This document shows, one piece after another, positions 19,629-29,213 of a stretch of 64,000 nucleotides of DNA. A program made the translations under genes and the position numbers. The stretch spans positions 1 through 64,000 of the IMG/VR virus record IMGVR_UViG_3300017963_000231. One strand, 5' to 3'. The notes under the pieces are model-generated. The model did not search any database, was not told the origin of the DNA, and saw only the letters and a program-made list of their open reading frames with translations. The first letter of the stretch is position 1; each line of letters begins with the position of its first letter. Source of the stretch: a virus.

Positions 19629-20267
19629 ATGAGTGATGGAAGTTGGGCTGATGACGGATTTGAGGGTCTGCCGGAGGCCGAAAAAGAGTACGAAAAGCGG
19701 ATGTCGAATGATATCCAAAGATTCTGGCTTAAGCCGGGAACAACCAAGGAGATTGTTTTCGAGACGGATCAGCCAATTTGCTTTTGGGAGCATCAACTGA
19801 ATCTCAATGGAAGTTGGTTGAATTGGTTCACATGCCGATCCAAGCTGGAAGGTGGATGCCCGATCTGCGAGAGTGGGGATAATGCTTCTTATGTGGGGAT
19901 TTTCCTTGCTCGGGACATGACCGGGTACACAAGCAAGAAATCCGGAAAGCAAGTAGGGATTGGCCGTCGGATTTTTTTCGTGGCAAAGAAGAAAACTCTG
20001 ACTCAGATCAAGACTCTGAAGGAGCGTCGGGAAGGTGGCCTTGTCGGGCTTCGCTTTGCGGTAACTCGTTCGGATGAGAATTCGGCCAGTTGCGGGGATC
20101 TTTTCGATTCCGTTGGCAAGGAAGATTTGGCCGGTTTGCCCGATGTTGGGGAGAAGCCCGATTTGATGGAAGTGTTCAAGCCTCTTTCCAGGGAAGAGAT
20201 CATCAAGAGGATTGGCGGTGGGCCGATGGCTTTTGCTCCCCCGGAGGAAGATGACGTGCCGTTTTAA
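19629..20267 (+). CDS. Phage ssDNA-binding protein (Zn-binding OB fold)
   Basis: EH...FTC...CPIC motif and acidic EEDDVPF tail. Confidence 0.7.
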   Translation: MSDGSWADDGFEGLPEAEKEYEKRMSNDIQRFWLKPGTTKEIVFETDQPICFWEHQLNLNGSWLNWFTCRSKLEGGCPICESGDNASYVGIFLARDMTGYTSKKSGKQVGIGRRIFFVAKKKTLTQIKTLKERREGGLVGLRFAVTRSDENSASCGDLFDSVGKEDLAGLPDVGEKPDLMEVFKPLSREEIIKRIGGGPMAFAPPEEDDVPF

Positions 20268-20294
20268 GTATAATTAATTTTATACTTTCTATCA

Positions 20295-20310
20295 TGTGTC
20301 ACGTGGAACA
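20295..20310. promoter_or_regulatory. parS-like palindrome
   Basis: TGTGTCACGTGGAACA, one mismatch to TGTTTCACGTGGAACA. Confidence 0.5.
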
Positions 20311-20311
20311 T

Positions 20312-20346
20312 GGGAAAGATACCGCATTATGTGCGGATATTTTCCC
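20312..20346. repeat. 35-bp dyad element, copy 2
   Basis: GGGAAAGATACCGCATTATGTGCGGATATTTTCCC. Confidence 0.8.
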
Positions 20347-20368
20347 GCAAAAATAAAGGAGAGAGAAA

Positions 20369-20668
20369 ATGGGCGTGAAGGATACAAGGGAAGTGAGGGA
20401 AACCAAGATGCCTTTGGTCGTGGTTCCGGTAAGGCGGGGAAAGGGAAATCTTTCGGTACGCTATCCGGACCTGGAGAAGGCCGTGAAGCTGGCTCGGGAT
20501 GGTGGGGGAAAGATCGTTTTTGATTTCCCTGATAATGATCCTCCGGTGGATATCGGCTTGATGGTTCGGGCTGATTCCGTGGAAGTGGGGTCGGAGCCAG
20601 AGATACGGAAAGTTCCGGCAGGTAATTTCGGGATGGAGGCGGTCGGTAGTGGCGGGGCTACTAAATAA
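20369..20668 (+). CDS. Hypothetical protein
   Basis: ORF with AAGGAG SD. Confidence 0.6.
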   Translation: MGVKDTREVRETKMPLVVVPVRRGKGNLSVRYPDLEKAVKLARDGGGKIVFDFPDNDPPVDIGLMVRADSVEVGSEPEIRKVPAGNFGMEAVGSGGATK

Positions 20669-22517
20669 GGAGGATATAACCATTGTCCTCACGAATGAGG
20701 ACTTGGATTCAATGATCAAAGAGCTTCTTGAAAGCCCGGTCATTGCTTTTGATTTGGAGAATAAAGTTCCTCCGGGGAAAAAATCCAAGGCGGCAAAGCG
20801 TATTGCGCTTGATCCTTTTCGAGCTACCCTGGAGAGTTTCCAGTTCAAGACGGAAAATCACGTCTACTATGTTCCATTCGTTTATAAGGGAGATGGGGGG
20901 TCTACCTTGGGATGGGATCTAGAGTATGTGTGTCGAAGATTGTTTTTCGTGTGGAATAATCCGAAGAAAATCATTTTAGGCCACAATATCAAATTCGATC
21001 TCAAACATCTGCTAGTTAACTTGGGAAAAGCCGGGTATAAAGATTCAGTGTTCAAGTGTCAGTTGATTGATACCATGGTGGCTGATTGGATTCTTGATGA
21101 GAATGATCGTCGCCATGGACTGGAGCATGTAGTGCAAAAGCATCTTGGGATCGAGATGCTCAAATTTGATGATGCTGTAAACGATGAGCATTTAGGTGAT
21201 ATCAAGGTTCGATATGCTTGCGATGATGTGGAGGCCCCTTGGCGATTGTGGTTTGGAAAGTTCGATTCTCAGATTAAAGAAGAGGGGTTGAATAAGGTTT
21301 TCCATGAGCTTGAAATGCCGTTTTTGAAGGTGCTTGTGGAAATGGAATTGCAGGGGATGACGATTGATACGGATATCCTGCAAACAATGGAGGCGGCTCT
21401 TGAGGCCGATCTTGAGGGGCTTGTCAGTCAGATACACCATGAGGCCGGTCAGAAGTTTTTGATATCCTCTCCGGCGCAATTAAGCCGGATTCTTTTTGAG
21501 GTTATGGGATTTAAGCCTAAGCCGGAGATGGAGCGGAATAAGACGGGGAATTGGCCTACTGGCGCGGAAGTTCTTAAATCCTATAAAGGTGAGCATCCTA
21601 TTTTTGATGCAATTGCTGATTGGCGAGAGAGGAGTAAGGTAAAAACGGGATTCACGACTCCCCTTCAAGAATGGGCAAAAGAAGTTGATGGTAGAGTGCG
21701 GTCTACGTTTAATGGGGTTGGAACGGTGACGGGTAGGTTATCCTCAAAGGAGCCAAATCTGCAAAATATCCCTAGAAACTACGGGGTTGCGAAGGGAATT
21801 CGAGATGCTTTTATTGCGGCGGAAGGTAATGTAATTATTTGTGTTGACTACTCTCAACTTGAGCTTCGATTGATGGCCCATTTCTCAAAAGATCCAACCT
21901 TGTTGGAAGCCTACAATACCAAGGGGGCTGATGTTCATCAGATTACCGCCGATGAATGTGGTTGTACTCGCCAACACGCAAAAATTATCAACTTTGGTTT
22001 AATTTACGGGATGTCCCCTTGGCTCCTGGCCCGGACTCTGGATATCAGTGTAGAGGAGGCAGAAGAGTATTCGGAACGGTACTTTGGTAAGTATGTTGGG
22101 GTTAAAAAGTTCCATTCTCAGATATGGAATACTCTTGATTACCAAGGCTATGTTCAAACTCTTACCAAACGCCGGAGGCGGTTCCCTGAGTGGTCAAGTC
22201 TTTCCATGTCCAATTGGGATGAGAAAAAGAAAAAGATGGCCTTTCATCGTCAAGCAGTGAATGTGGTTATTCAGGGGTCTGGAGCGGATTTGGTTAAGAT
22301 ATCTGCTCGTAATATTCAGCGTAAGGTTATGGATCACGGGTATTCTTTCCGTCAGTGTTCTCAGGTGCATGATGAAATTATTGGAGAGTGCCCTGAGGAT
22401 TGGGCGGAAGAGGGATTGGCGCTCGTGATTGAGGAGATGGAAAAGGCAGTCAAGTTATGTGTTCCTTTGATTGCTGAGGGTTCGTATTCTCATTGTTGGG
22501 GCCAAGCAAAGGTGTAA
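20649..22517 (+). CDS. polA: Family A DNA polymerase with 3'-5' exonuclease
   Basis: FDLE, HNIKFD, YACDD, TGRLSS, DYSQLELR, KIINFGLIYG, QVHDE. Confidence 0.95.
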   Translation: MAGLLNKEDITIVLTNEDLDSMIKELLESPVIAFDLENKVPPGKKSKAAKRIALDPFRATLESFQFKTENHVYYVPFVYKGDGGSTLGWDLEYVCRRLFFVWNNPKKIILGHNIKFDLKHLLVNLGKAGYKDSVFKCQLIDTMVADWILDENDRRHGLEHVVQKHLGIEMLKFDDAVNDEHLGDIKVRYACDDVEAPWRLWFGKFDSQIKEEGLNKVFHELEMPFLKVLVEMELQGMTIDTDILQTMEAALEADLEGLVSQIHHEAGQKFLISSPAQLSRILFEVMGFKPKPEMERNKTGNWPTGAEVLKSYKGEHPIFDAIADWRERSKVKTGFTTPLQEWAKEVDGRVRSTFNGVGTVTGRLSSKEPNLQNIPRNYGVAKGIRDAFIAAEGNVIICVDYSQLELRLMAHFSKDPTLLEAYNTKGADVHQITADECGCTRQHAKIINFGLIYGMSPWLLARTLDISVEEAEEYSERYFGKYVGVKKFHSQIWNTLDYQGYVQTLTKRRRRFPEWSSLSMSNWDEKKKKMAFHRQAVNVVIQGSGADLVKISARNIQRKVMDHGYSFRQCSQVHDEIIGECPEDWAEEGLALVIEEMEKAVKLCVPLIAEGSYSHCWGQAKV

Positions 22518-22519
22518 AA

Positions 22520-23293
22520 ATGCTTGAATTACATTGCGGAGATTGTGTGAAGGTAGTATCACAGTTGAGGGAAAATGTGGATTTGGTTATTGCGGATCCT
22601 CCTTTCAATCTTGGCAAGGTGTATGAGGAGAAGATGGATCGGGGGGAGTATTTAGAGTGGTGTAAAATGTGGATATCTGCTTGTGCAAATGCCCTATCTG
22701 ATAGTGGATCGATATTTTTAATGACGTACCAAGCGATGGTAGGGGAGATGATGCATCTTTTGGAGATGGAGGGACTACATTTCAAGAATATGATTGTGTG
22801 GTTCAATTCCTCTATGCCGGTAAAGAATCGGTTTTGCATTGGATATCAACCCATTCTTTGGTATGTAAAGAATACTCGGGAGTACACATTTAATTATGGT
22901 GCTCAGCAACGGGTATCTACGGCGGCGCTACCATGGGGCCGTCAAAATAACTCTCATTCTATAAAGGACATTTGGGATGATATTCCATTTATATCAGGAG
23001 GGTGCATGGCTTCAAAAGAGGCTATCCTAGAGCCTGGAACGAAGAGAAAAGCCCATCCTGCTCAAATGCCGCTGGCGTTGGCAGAGCGGATGCTTCTTTA
23101 TGCATCGAATGAAGGGGATGTGATACTGGACCCGTTCATGGGGAGTGGGACGGTTCCTTTTGCTTGTAAGGTTTTAAGGAGAAGGTGTATTGGGGTTGAG
23201 AAATATCGTTCTTATTATGATTTGATTCTAAGCCGTCTTGATGCCCTGGAGAATGAGATTAAGCGGTCTCCTGAAGAAGAGGTAGGGGAATGA
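22520..23293 (+). CDS. DNA methyltransferase (N6A/N4C)
   Basis: DPPF, HPAQMP, DPFMGSGT. Confidence 0.9.
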   Translation: MLELHCGDCVKVVSQLRENVDLVIADPPFNLGKVYEEKMDRGEYLEWCKMWISACANALSDSGSIFLMTYQAMVGEMMHLLEMEGLHFKNMIVWFNSSMPVKNRFCIGYQPILWYVKNTREYTFNYGAQQRVSTAALPWGRQNNSHSIKDIWDDIPFISGGCMASKEAILEPGTKRKAHPAQMPLALAERMLLYASNEGDVILDPFMGSGTVPFACKVLRRRCIGVEKYRSYYDLILSRLDALENEIKRSPEEEVGE

Positions 23294-24735
23294 AGCTAGG
23301 GTCATGGCTTGGGTTGAAGGTGGGGACGGAGATTTCGGAAGATCAGGCCCGAGAAATCCGAGATAGCTTGACGTTCAAAATCTTTCAGTACATGGCTAAG
23401 GATGGTGATGATCCGGAAATTGTAGTGGGGTTCAAGGAAGATGAGGATATGCTTTGGATTCCACGGATGGCGATGTGGGATAAGAAGTTGAGGGGTATTC
23501 TTAAGGATCTTCCTATGGCGATGCCTGATTCATCCACGGTGTTCACCTATCCCAAAATCCCGCCAGAACGGCTCCAGATTAATTCTGAGGCCCTGGAAGG
23601 CTTTCGGACAAGGGGTGAGCAAGTCAGGCTCATAGAGGGGTTTCTGAAAAGCCCGTGTATCACGCAAAGCATGGGAGGGATACTGCAATCGCCGCCGGGA
23701 TCGGGTAAGACGGTTATGGGTTCGGAGATCATAGCAAGACTCGGGATGCGGACGGTTATTCTTGTTCACAAGGAGTTCCTTTTTAGGCAGTGGATTCAGG
23801 CTCTTGCGTTGGTATGCCCGGACGTGACTGTATCAGTAGTGCGGGGGGTGAAAAAGGTAAAAAAAGCCGATATCACAATTGCCATGATTCAGACGCTCAT
23901 TTCCGAGAAGTTCCAACAACGGGCTCCGGATTGGTTTTGGAGGCATTATGGCGTGGTTGCTTGCGATGAAATCCATCGATACGGTGCGAGACGTTGGAGT
24001 GAGTGCCTTACCATGTTCGATGCTCCTCTGCGGATAGGGTTTACGGCTACTCCAAGGAGGAAGGACGGGACTACGAGAATTTTCAAGTGTCATATCGGCC
24101 CGGTGGTGGTTGAGGGTAAGAATTTGCTCTTGACTCCAAAGATCAAGAGGGTGCTTTATAACGGCTCATATCAGGTGCAACCTTGGATGAGAGAGAAAGG
24201 CCGGGATGGGAAATTGGGGAGGATCAAGAGGCCGTTTTTGGAGAAGCTGATTGTGGCTAAGAAAGATCGAGATGCCTTAATTGCTCGTCAGGTGGTATCG
24301 GCTTGGAAGGCTGGGCGTAAAGTGATGGTGATGACATCGAGGCGGGAGCATGCTGAAACGCTTAAGAAGATTACGGAGACGCTGGCCAAGGCTGAGGGGT
24401 GCGGGTCTCCCAAGGCGTATTTATATTATGGGCAGATGAAGAAAAAGGAGTATGAGGAAGCCGAGGATCACGCGGATATTATTTTCGGGACGTACCAGAT
24501 GGCACAGGAGGGGCTCGATGTTCCGAGAATGGATGTTATGGTCTTGGCGATGCCGAGGTCTGATGTGGAACAAACGATTGGCAGAGTATTACGGGACCAT
24601 CCGCATAAGCCAACTCCGGTGGTAGTGGATGTGATCGATAGGAATATCTCTGATTGCATAGAGTTATTTAATGGTCCCCGGCGAGGAACGTACATTAAGT
24701 ATAAAGCCAGTGTGGAGAGAGTAGAGAAAACTTGA
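23290..24735 (+). CDS. SF2 helicase (UvsW/ResIII-like)
   Basis: PPGSGKT, DEIH, TATP, EGLDVP, QTIGRVLR. Confidence 0.9.
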   Translation: MKLGSWLGLKVGTEISEDQAREIRDSLTFKIFQYMAKDGDDPEIVVGFKEDEDMLWIPRMAMWDKKLRGILKDLPMAMPDSSTVFTYPKIPPERLQINSEALEGFRTRGEQVRLIEGFLKSPCITQSMGGILQSPPGSGKTVMGSEIIARLGMRTVILVHKEFLFRQWIQALALVCPDVTVSVVRGVKKVKKADITIAMIQTLISEKFQQRAPDWFWRHYGVVACDEIHRYGARRWSECLTMFDAPLRIGFTATPRRKDGTTRIFKCHIGPVVVEGKNLLLTPKIKRVLYNGSYQVQPWMREKGRDGKLGRIKRPFLEKLIVAKKDRDALIARQVVSAWKAGRKVMVMTSRREHAETLKKITETLAKAEGCGSPKAYLYYGQMKKKEYEEAEDHADIIFGTYQMAQEGLDVPRMDVMVLAMPRSDVEQTIGRVLRDHPHKPTPVVVDVIDRNISDCIELFNGPRRGTYIKYKASVERVEKT

Positions 24736-24760
24736 CAAAGTTTTTTATATGTGTTATCTT
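24732..24760 (+). promoter_or_regulatory. Sigma70 promoter flanked by an inverted repeat
   Basis: TTGACA-17-TATCTT; CTTGACAA...TTGTCAAG dyad. Confidence 0.6.
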
Positions 24761-24774
24761 TAATTGTCAAGGGG

Positions 24775-25254
24775 GTGATTGATTTGAATAGTGAACGGAA
24801 GTATCAAAGAGACTATTACGAGAAAAACAAAGAGGAAATTCTGCGGAAGCGGAGGGAAAAGTACCAAGGTGATGCGGAATATCGAGCGAAAGTAATGGAG
24901 CGGGCTAGGAAATATCGAAAAAAGCAATGTCCTTTGACTGAGATTCGAGGTAGAAAAAAGGGTCCGCTTCCTCCGGTTCGAGTTAATGCTAAGTCGGGAA
25001 AGCTGGTACAAGCCTACTCTACTGGCTATGTGGCCGATAAGTTGGGAATTACTATGCAGACTCTCCGGAAGTGGGTTCGGAAAGGGAAGATACCTGAAAC
25101 TCCTTATTGGATTTCTACTGGACGGGTCTGGACTCAGCGAATGGTTAATGCAATGATAAAGGCTAAGGGTGCTTGCCGGAGTACGGGAGGCACGAGATCC
25201 AAGAACTACTTTTCTCAGGTAAGAGAATCGTGGCCTTGGGATGAAATGAAATAA
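24775..25254 (+). CDS. MerR/excisionase-type HTH protein
   Basis: YSTGYVADKLGITMQTLRKWVRKGKIP. Confidence 0.7.
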   Translation: MIDLNSERKYQRDYYEKNKEEILRKRREKYQGDAEYRAKVMERARKYRKKQCPLTEIRGRKKGPLPPVRVNAKSGKLVQAYSTGYVADKLGITMQTLRKWVRKGKIPETPYWISTGRVWTQRMVNAMIKAKGACRSTGGTRSKNYFSQVRESWPWDEMK

Positions 25255-25265
25255 GGAGGTCTAAG

Positions 25266-25595
25266 ATGGCTGAAACAAAGAAAAAGATCAAGGAGATGGG
25301 GAAAGTAACCGTTACTCGAACCATGCTTAAGGCGGGAGTAGAAGAGAAAACGCATGATAAGGAAGAGGAGATCGAAATCACGCCTTTTGTGACTGAGCCC
25401 GCGAAAATTGCCGTATCCAAGGGGTTGACCTTGAATCTCGGGAATTACCGTTCGGCTCGTATCGATGTATCAGTGGCTATCCCTTGCTATGTGGAAGAGG
25501 TAGGGGAAGTTATTGAGCAAGTCAATAACCTAGTTGAGGCTCGGGTGATCATGGAAAGGGATTCGGTTCTGAAGGCTGGAAAGAAAGATGCCTGA
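25266..25595 (+). CDS. Conserved phage hypothetical protein
   Basis: TLNLGNYRSARIDV motif; AGGAGG SD. Confidence 0.65.
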   Translation: MAETKKKIKEMGKVTVTRTMLKAGVEEKTHDKEEEIEITPFVTEPAKIAVSKGLTLNLGNYRSARIDVSVAIPCYVEEVGEVIEQVNNLVEARVIMERDSVLKAGKKDA

Positions 25596-26745
25596 TGATC
25601 CCAAGCCAAAGACACTTTCGGAGGTTCTGACGGGTCTTAAGAAGCGGCATGGCGACGGGATTGTTTGTACTCCTTCAGAATCGAGAATATCTTCGCTCGT
25701 TCCCCGGTTGTCTACTGGCGTTTTCATGCTGGATTGGGCTACCGGGGGCGGGTTCCCTATTGGCCGGTTTGTTATGATCAAAGGCGATGAGGGGGCGGGG
25801 AAATCGACTATCGCCCTTCGGGTCATAACGGCGGCTCAACAAACTTGCCGGTATTGTTACGCCACTTTTGATCCGGAAGCAAAAAGTTTTCCTCATGCAT
25901 CAGATTGTGAGTGGGAGAAGCATGATGATGAGAGTACCACTATGCGAGTGGTCTATGTGGATATTGAGGGGACATTTCTGAATTCTTGGGCTCAAACGGT
26001 GGGGGTCGATCTTGGAGACATGCATTTGAGCCAGCCTGAGATGGCAGAGCAAGCGATTGACATCATTCAGGAGCTTTTGGTTGAGGGTGTTGTTGATCTT
26101 GTGGTGCTGGATTCAGTGGCCAGTATGAGCAATCAAGCGGAACTTTCCAAGTCAGTTGAGGATACCATTGTCGGGAAGGGCGCGATGTTGATGAATCGAG
26201 CTTTCCGGGAGTGGGGAGCGGCAATGAATCGTTCGGCGCTCGTTACCGGTCGAAAGCCCATGTTCATTTTCATTAATCAGGTTCGAGAGAAGCCGGGAGT
26301 TCTTTGGGGGTCTCCTGAAACAGTGCCCGGTGGGAAGCATCAACTTTTTGCGCCTTCTTTGATTGTCAGGATTCGCTCGAAAACGCCGGACATGAGTAAA
26401 GGGACTATACCAAGGCCCTTGCGGTGGAATAATGCTTTTACGGTCGAGAAGAGTAAGGTGGGTCCGCCTAAATTGAAGGGAGAATATCAGACTGCGGCAG
26501 TGAGTTTTGATGGATTTATTCAGGGCGATGTTCTGGATTTTGATACCGTTTTGAAATTTGCTAAGGAAACGGAAGTTTTGGTCCAGGATAAGAAAAAGTG
26601 GGTCTATACTCCATCAGGTCTTGTTGGCCTTAAAAAGGAGTATAGGGTTCAAGGTGATGCCGTAGAAGATTGGATTAAAGATAAAGCTCTTTATGACAAG
26701 GTGAAGCGGATTGTATTGAGGAGGGCATTGCTTGCCTTATCGTGA
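25588..26745 (+). CDS. recA: RecA/UvsX recombinase
   Basis: STGVFMLD..GGGFP.GR, GDEGAGKST, VVLDSV, FINQVREK, PGG. Confidence 0.92.
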   Translation: MPDDPKPKTLSEVLTGLKKRHGDGIVCTPSESRISSLVPRLSTGVFMLDWATGGGFPIGRFVMIKGDEGAGKSTIALRVITAAQQTCRYCYATFDPEAKSFPHASDCEWEKHDDESTTMRVVYVDIEGTFLNSWAQTVGVDLGDMHLSQPEMAEQAIDIIQELLVEGVVDLVVLDSVASMSNQAELSKSVEDTIVGKGAMLMNRAFREWGAAMNRSALVTGRKPMFIFINQVREKPGVLWGSPETVPGGKHQLFAPSLIVRIRSKTPDMSKGTIPRPLRWNNAFTVEKSKVGPPKLKGEYQTAAVSFDGFIQGDVLDFDTVLKFAKETEVLVQDKKKWVYTPSGLVGLKKEYRVQGDAVEDWIKDKALYDKVKRIVLRRALLALS

Positions 26746-27211
26746 CACATGGGGTCGTTCGAGACGGGCTTATGATCATCTCGGGATCGTGGTTGAATCC
26801 GAAGCTGAGTTGATAAAATTGCTTCTCACGTATGAGGGCGAGGTTAATAGACGGTTCTCCGGCATTTATTCATCGGTTTTGAGTGAGTGCCCAAATGATG
26901 GGGAGTTTAAGTCTGATCTTTCTCATCGAGTAAGAAGCATGTGGGAGGCTAATTTTGCCCGTTGGATGCGGTTTCATCAGATACCTTATGACTATGAGTG
27001 TTTTCGATTCCGGCTCAATAATGGGATGAATTATGTTCCAGATTTTCGGGCATGTCCGTCTGGAATATGGATTGAGGTTAAGGGTATTTGGATGCAGGGG
27101 GCCAAAGAGAAGGTGCATCAGTTCATGGATGAGTATCCTAATCATCGGATCATCGTATTGGATGAGGAGTATTACCGGATGCTGACTCCGGTTCCAGGAT
27201 GGGGAAAATGA
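26732..27211 (+). CDS. PD-(D/E)XK endonuclease
   Basis: RSMWE...YE...YVPDF...IEVKG. Confidence 0.8.
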   Translation: MPYRDTWGRSRRAYDHLGIVVESEAELIKLLLTYEGEVNRRFSGIYSSVLSECPNDGEFKSDLSHRVRSMWEANFARWMRFHQIPYDYECFRFRLNNGMNYVPDFRACPSGIWIEVKGIWMQGAKEKVHQFMDEYPNHRIIVLDEEYYRMLTPVPGWGK

Positions 27212-27430
27212 AAAAAGAGTTGATTCAGGAGTTCATAGGTGGTAATATAGGCATGTGCAAATATTTGCGGCCTAGTTTTGAATGTGCTAATGATTGCGAT
27301 GATGATTGTGATAGTTTGGGTATTTGCAGGGGGTTTGATGGGGTAGTGGTGTACCGTTGCGAGTATTACGGTTATACCATGATGTGTAGGTTTAATAGTT
27401 GTCCGTGTTTGAAGTGAGGAGGGCTGAGTA

Positions 27431-28342
27431 ATGGCATTAGGCGATTTGGTAGCAGGGATGGATGTTGAGGAGGAAGAGGCTCCTCGTGATGTTGGTTCAA
27501 TTTTTCTTTCCGATCTCACTAATTCAATTCAAGTAGCTCAACCGTTGGGTCGGTTGGTCAATTACCATGTAACTGAGATTCGTGATATGTGCCCACGCCG
27601 GGCGGCTTGGGTCCGTTGGTTTTCGTCTCAAGGGGCGGCATGGAAGCGGCAGACTCCGGCGGCTTTGCGGGTGACTTTTGATATTGGTCATTTTGCCCAT
27701 GATTGGGTGACAAGTAAGTATCTTCGGAATATGAATTCTGAGCGGTTTTATTTTGATATTGATAATACGGAGGTTCCCGTTACGCTTGACGTGGAAGGGG
27801 TCACTTTGGCCGGAAGCATGGATGCGTTGATCCGAGATGTGAGAGAGGAAGAGACGATTGGGTTAGAATTGAAAACAATCAGTGTAGATCAATTTAATAA
27901 AATGAGGGTTGCCAAAATCGATCACCGGTTTCAGGTTTATCTTTACATGCTCATGACTGGCATTAGGAAGTTCTTAATACTTTATATCGCGAAGCAATAT
28001 CCCAAGGAATCATCTCCATTTAAGGTGTTTACAATTGATTTGGAGGATCCAAAAATTCTGAAAGAGTACGAGCAAGCTAAAAGGGAGATGGAAACCAAGT
28101 TGTTTTCTATTGGCGAGTGGCTTTTGAGTTCGGTTACATTTCCTGATAAGAAGAAGCAATGCAAGGATGAGTTTTGCCATGAGGCCATAAATTGTTTTTT
28201 TCAGGACGTGTGTTACCGAAAGAAAAATTTGGTTGGTTTGTGTGTGGAATCTAAGGCGGCTACTATGGAACTTAAGGCGAAAGATATTGATCTTAGCCAA
28301 TATGTGGAGGGGGGAGGATGGCCTTTCTTGGATTGGATTTAA
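27431..28342 (+). CDS. Cas4-like/PD-(D/E)XK exonuclease
   Basis: CPR, G...H, GSMD, ELKT, QVYLY and C-terminal cysteines. Confidence 0.75.
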   Translation: MALGDLVAGMDVEEEEAPRDVGSIFLSDLTNSIQVAQPLGRLVNYHVTEIRDMCPRRAAWVRWFSSQGAAWKRQTPAALRVTFDIGHFAHDWVTSKYLRNMNSERFYFDIDNTEVPVTLDVEGVTLAGSMDALIRDVREEETIGLELKTISVDQFNKMRVAKIDHRFQVYLYMLMTGIRKFLILYIAKQYPKESSPFKVFTIDLEDPKILKEYEQAKREMETKLFSIGEWLLSSVTFPDKKKQCKDEFCHEAINCFFQDVCYRKKNLVGLCVESKAATMELKAKDIDLSQYVEGGGWPFLDWI

Positions 28343-28923
28343 GTCTCACGAGCACGGGAATTGTGATTCTCTCGAAGTCAGGGGCTCTTTTGCATAGTAG
28401 TGCTTATGGGTACGGGCTTAAGAAGGCCGGGACTGACGATGAGATTAAGCGACTCTTGGATATAACTAATCGAATTGAATCCGTTGTTTCTGAGTTTCCC
28501 ATTGAGTGTGTAGGGATCGAGGATTATGCGTACCGGAGGGCGGGCAGTGGTTCTCAGATTACCCGTCAGGCTGAATTGACAGGCGTTGTCAAGACTACTC
28601 TTTATCAATACCGGCTCAAGATTTTCGTGGTCGGTATATCGCAAGGGAGGAAGATTACGTTTGAGTGCCCGGTTGGCGTGTCTAATGCCGAACGTAAAGA
28701 GGGCATGGACATAAAGACAAAAGTGATGGAGTTGGTTAAAACTAAATATGGGTTGGATTTTGAGACTACTGATGAAGCTGATGCTTTTGTTCTTGCGGAG
28801 GCAGTACGGAAGCTGATTGTTCCTGGAAACCCGTCTCCAGAGGCATTGAAAGAGCTTCAGAAACTAGAGAGGCGGCAGAAGGGGGCTCCCATTATCAAGA
28901 AAGGAGGTAAGCGTGGCAAATAG
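28318..28923 (+). CDS. RuvC-like Holliday junction resolvase
   Basis: LGLDLSLTSTG, IEDY, DEADA. Confidence 0.85.
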   Translation: MAFLGLDLSLTSTGIVILSKSGALLHSSAYGYGLKKAGTDDEIKRLLDITNRIESVVSEFPIECVGIEDYAYRRAGSGSQITRQAELTGVVKTTLYQYRLKIFVVGISQGRKITFECPVGVSNAERKEGMDIKTKVMELVKTKYGLDFETTDEADAFVLAEAVRKLIVPGNPSPEALKELQKLERRQKGAPIIKKGGKRGK

Positions 28924-29212
28924 CGTTACGGTATCGGGGATGGTAGTAACTCCCGTTCATGAATTGAAAACTCTTTTTGATCATGACTATTTGAATTTCC
29001 GTGTAAAAGCGGATGCGGGAAAGGGGTCGGATATTTTTGTGACGGTCAATGTTTATAGTTATACGCAAATTAAGCTGGCTAAGGATCGAGGACTTAAAAA
29101 AGGAGATAGGGTGTGGGTTCAAGGTGAACTCATGGCACGCATGACAAATGATTCCGGGCATGACGTAATTGAGGTCCGGGCATTGCAGTTGGATCCAGTT
29201 AAGGAGGTTTGA
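28913..29212 (+). CDS. Small OB-fold SSB-like protein
   Basis: NSVTVSG...LKKGDRVWVQGEL. Confidence 0.7.
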   Translation: MANSVTVSGMVVTPVHELKTLFDHDYLNFRVKADAGKGSDIFVTVNVYSYTQIKLAKDRGLKKGDRVWVQGELMARMTNDSGHDVIEVRALQLDPVKEV

Positions 29213-29213
29213 G

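Noticed and set aside
27431-28342. Cas4-like gene as part of a CRISPR adaptation module
   Set aside because: It sits in the RecA/RuvC recombination operon with no cas1/cas2; stand-alone Cas4-like nucleases are common in phages
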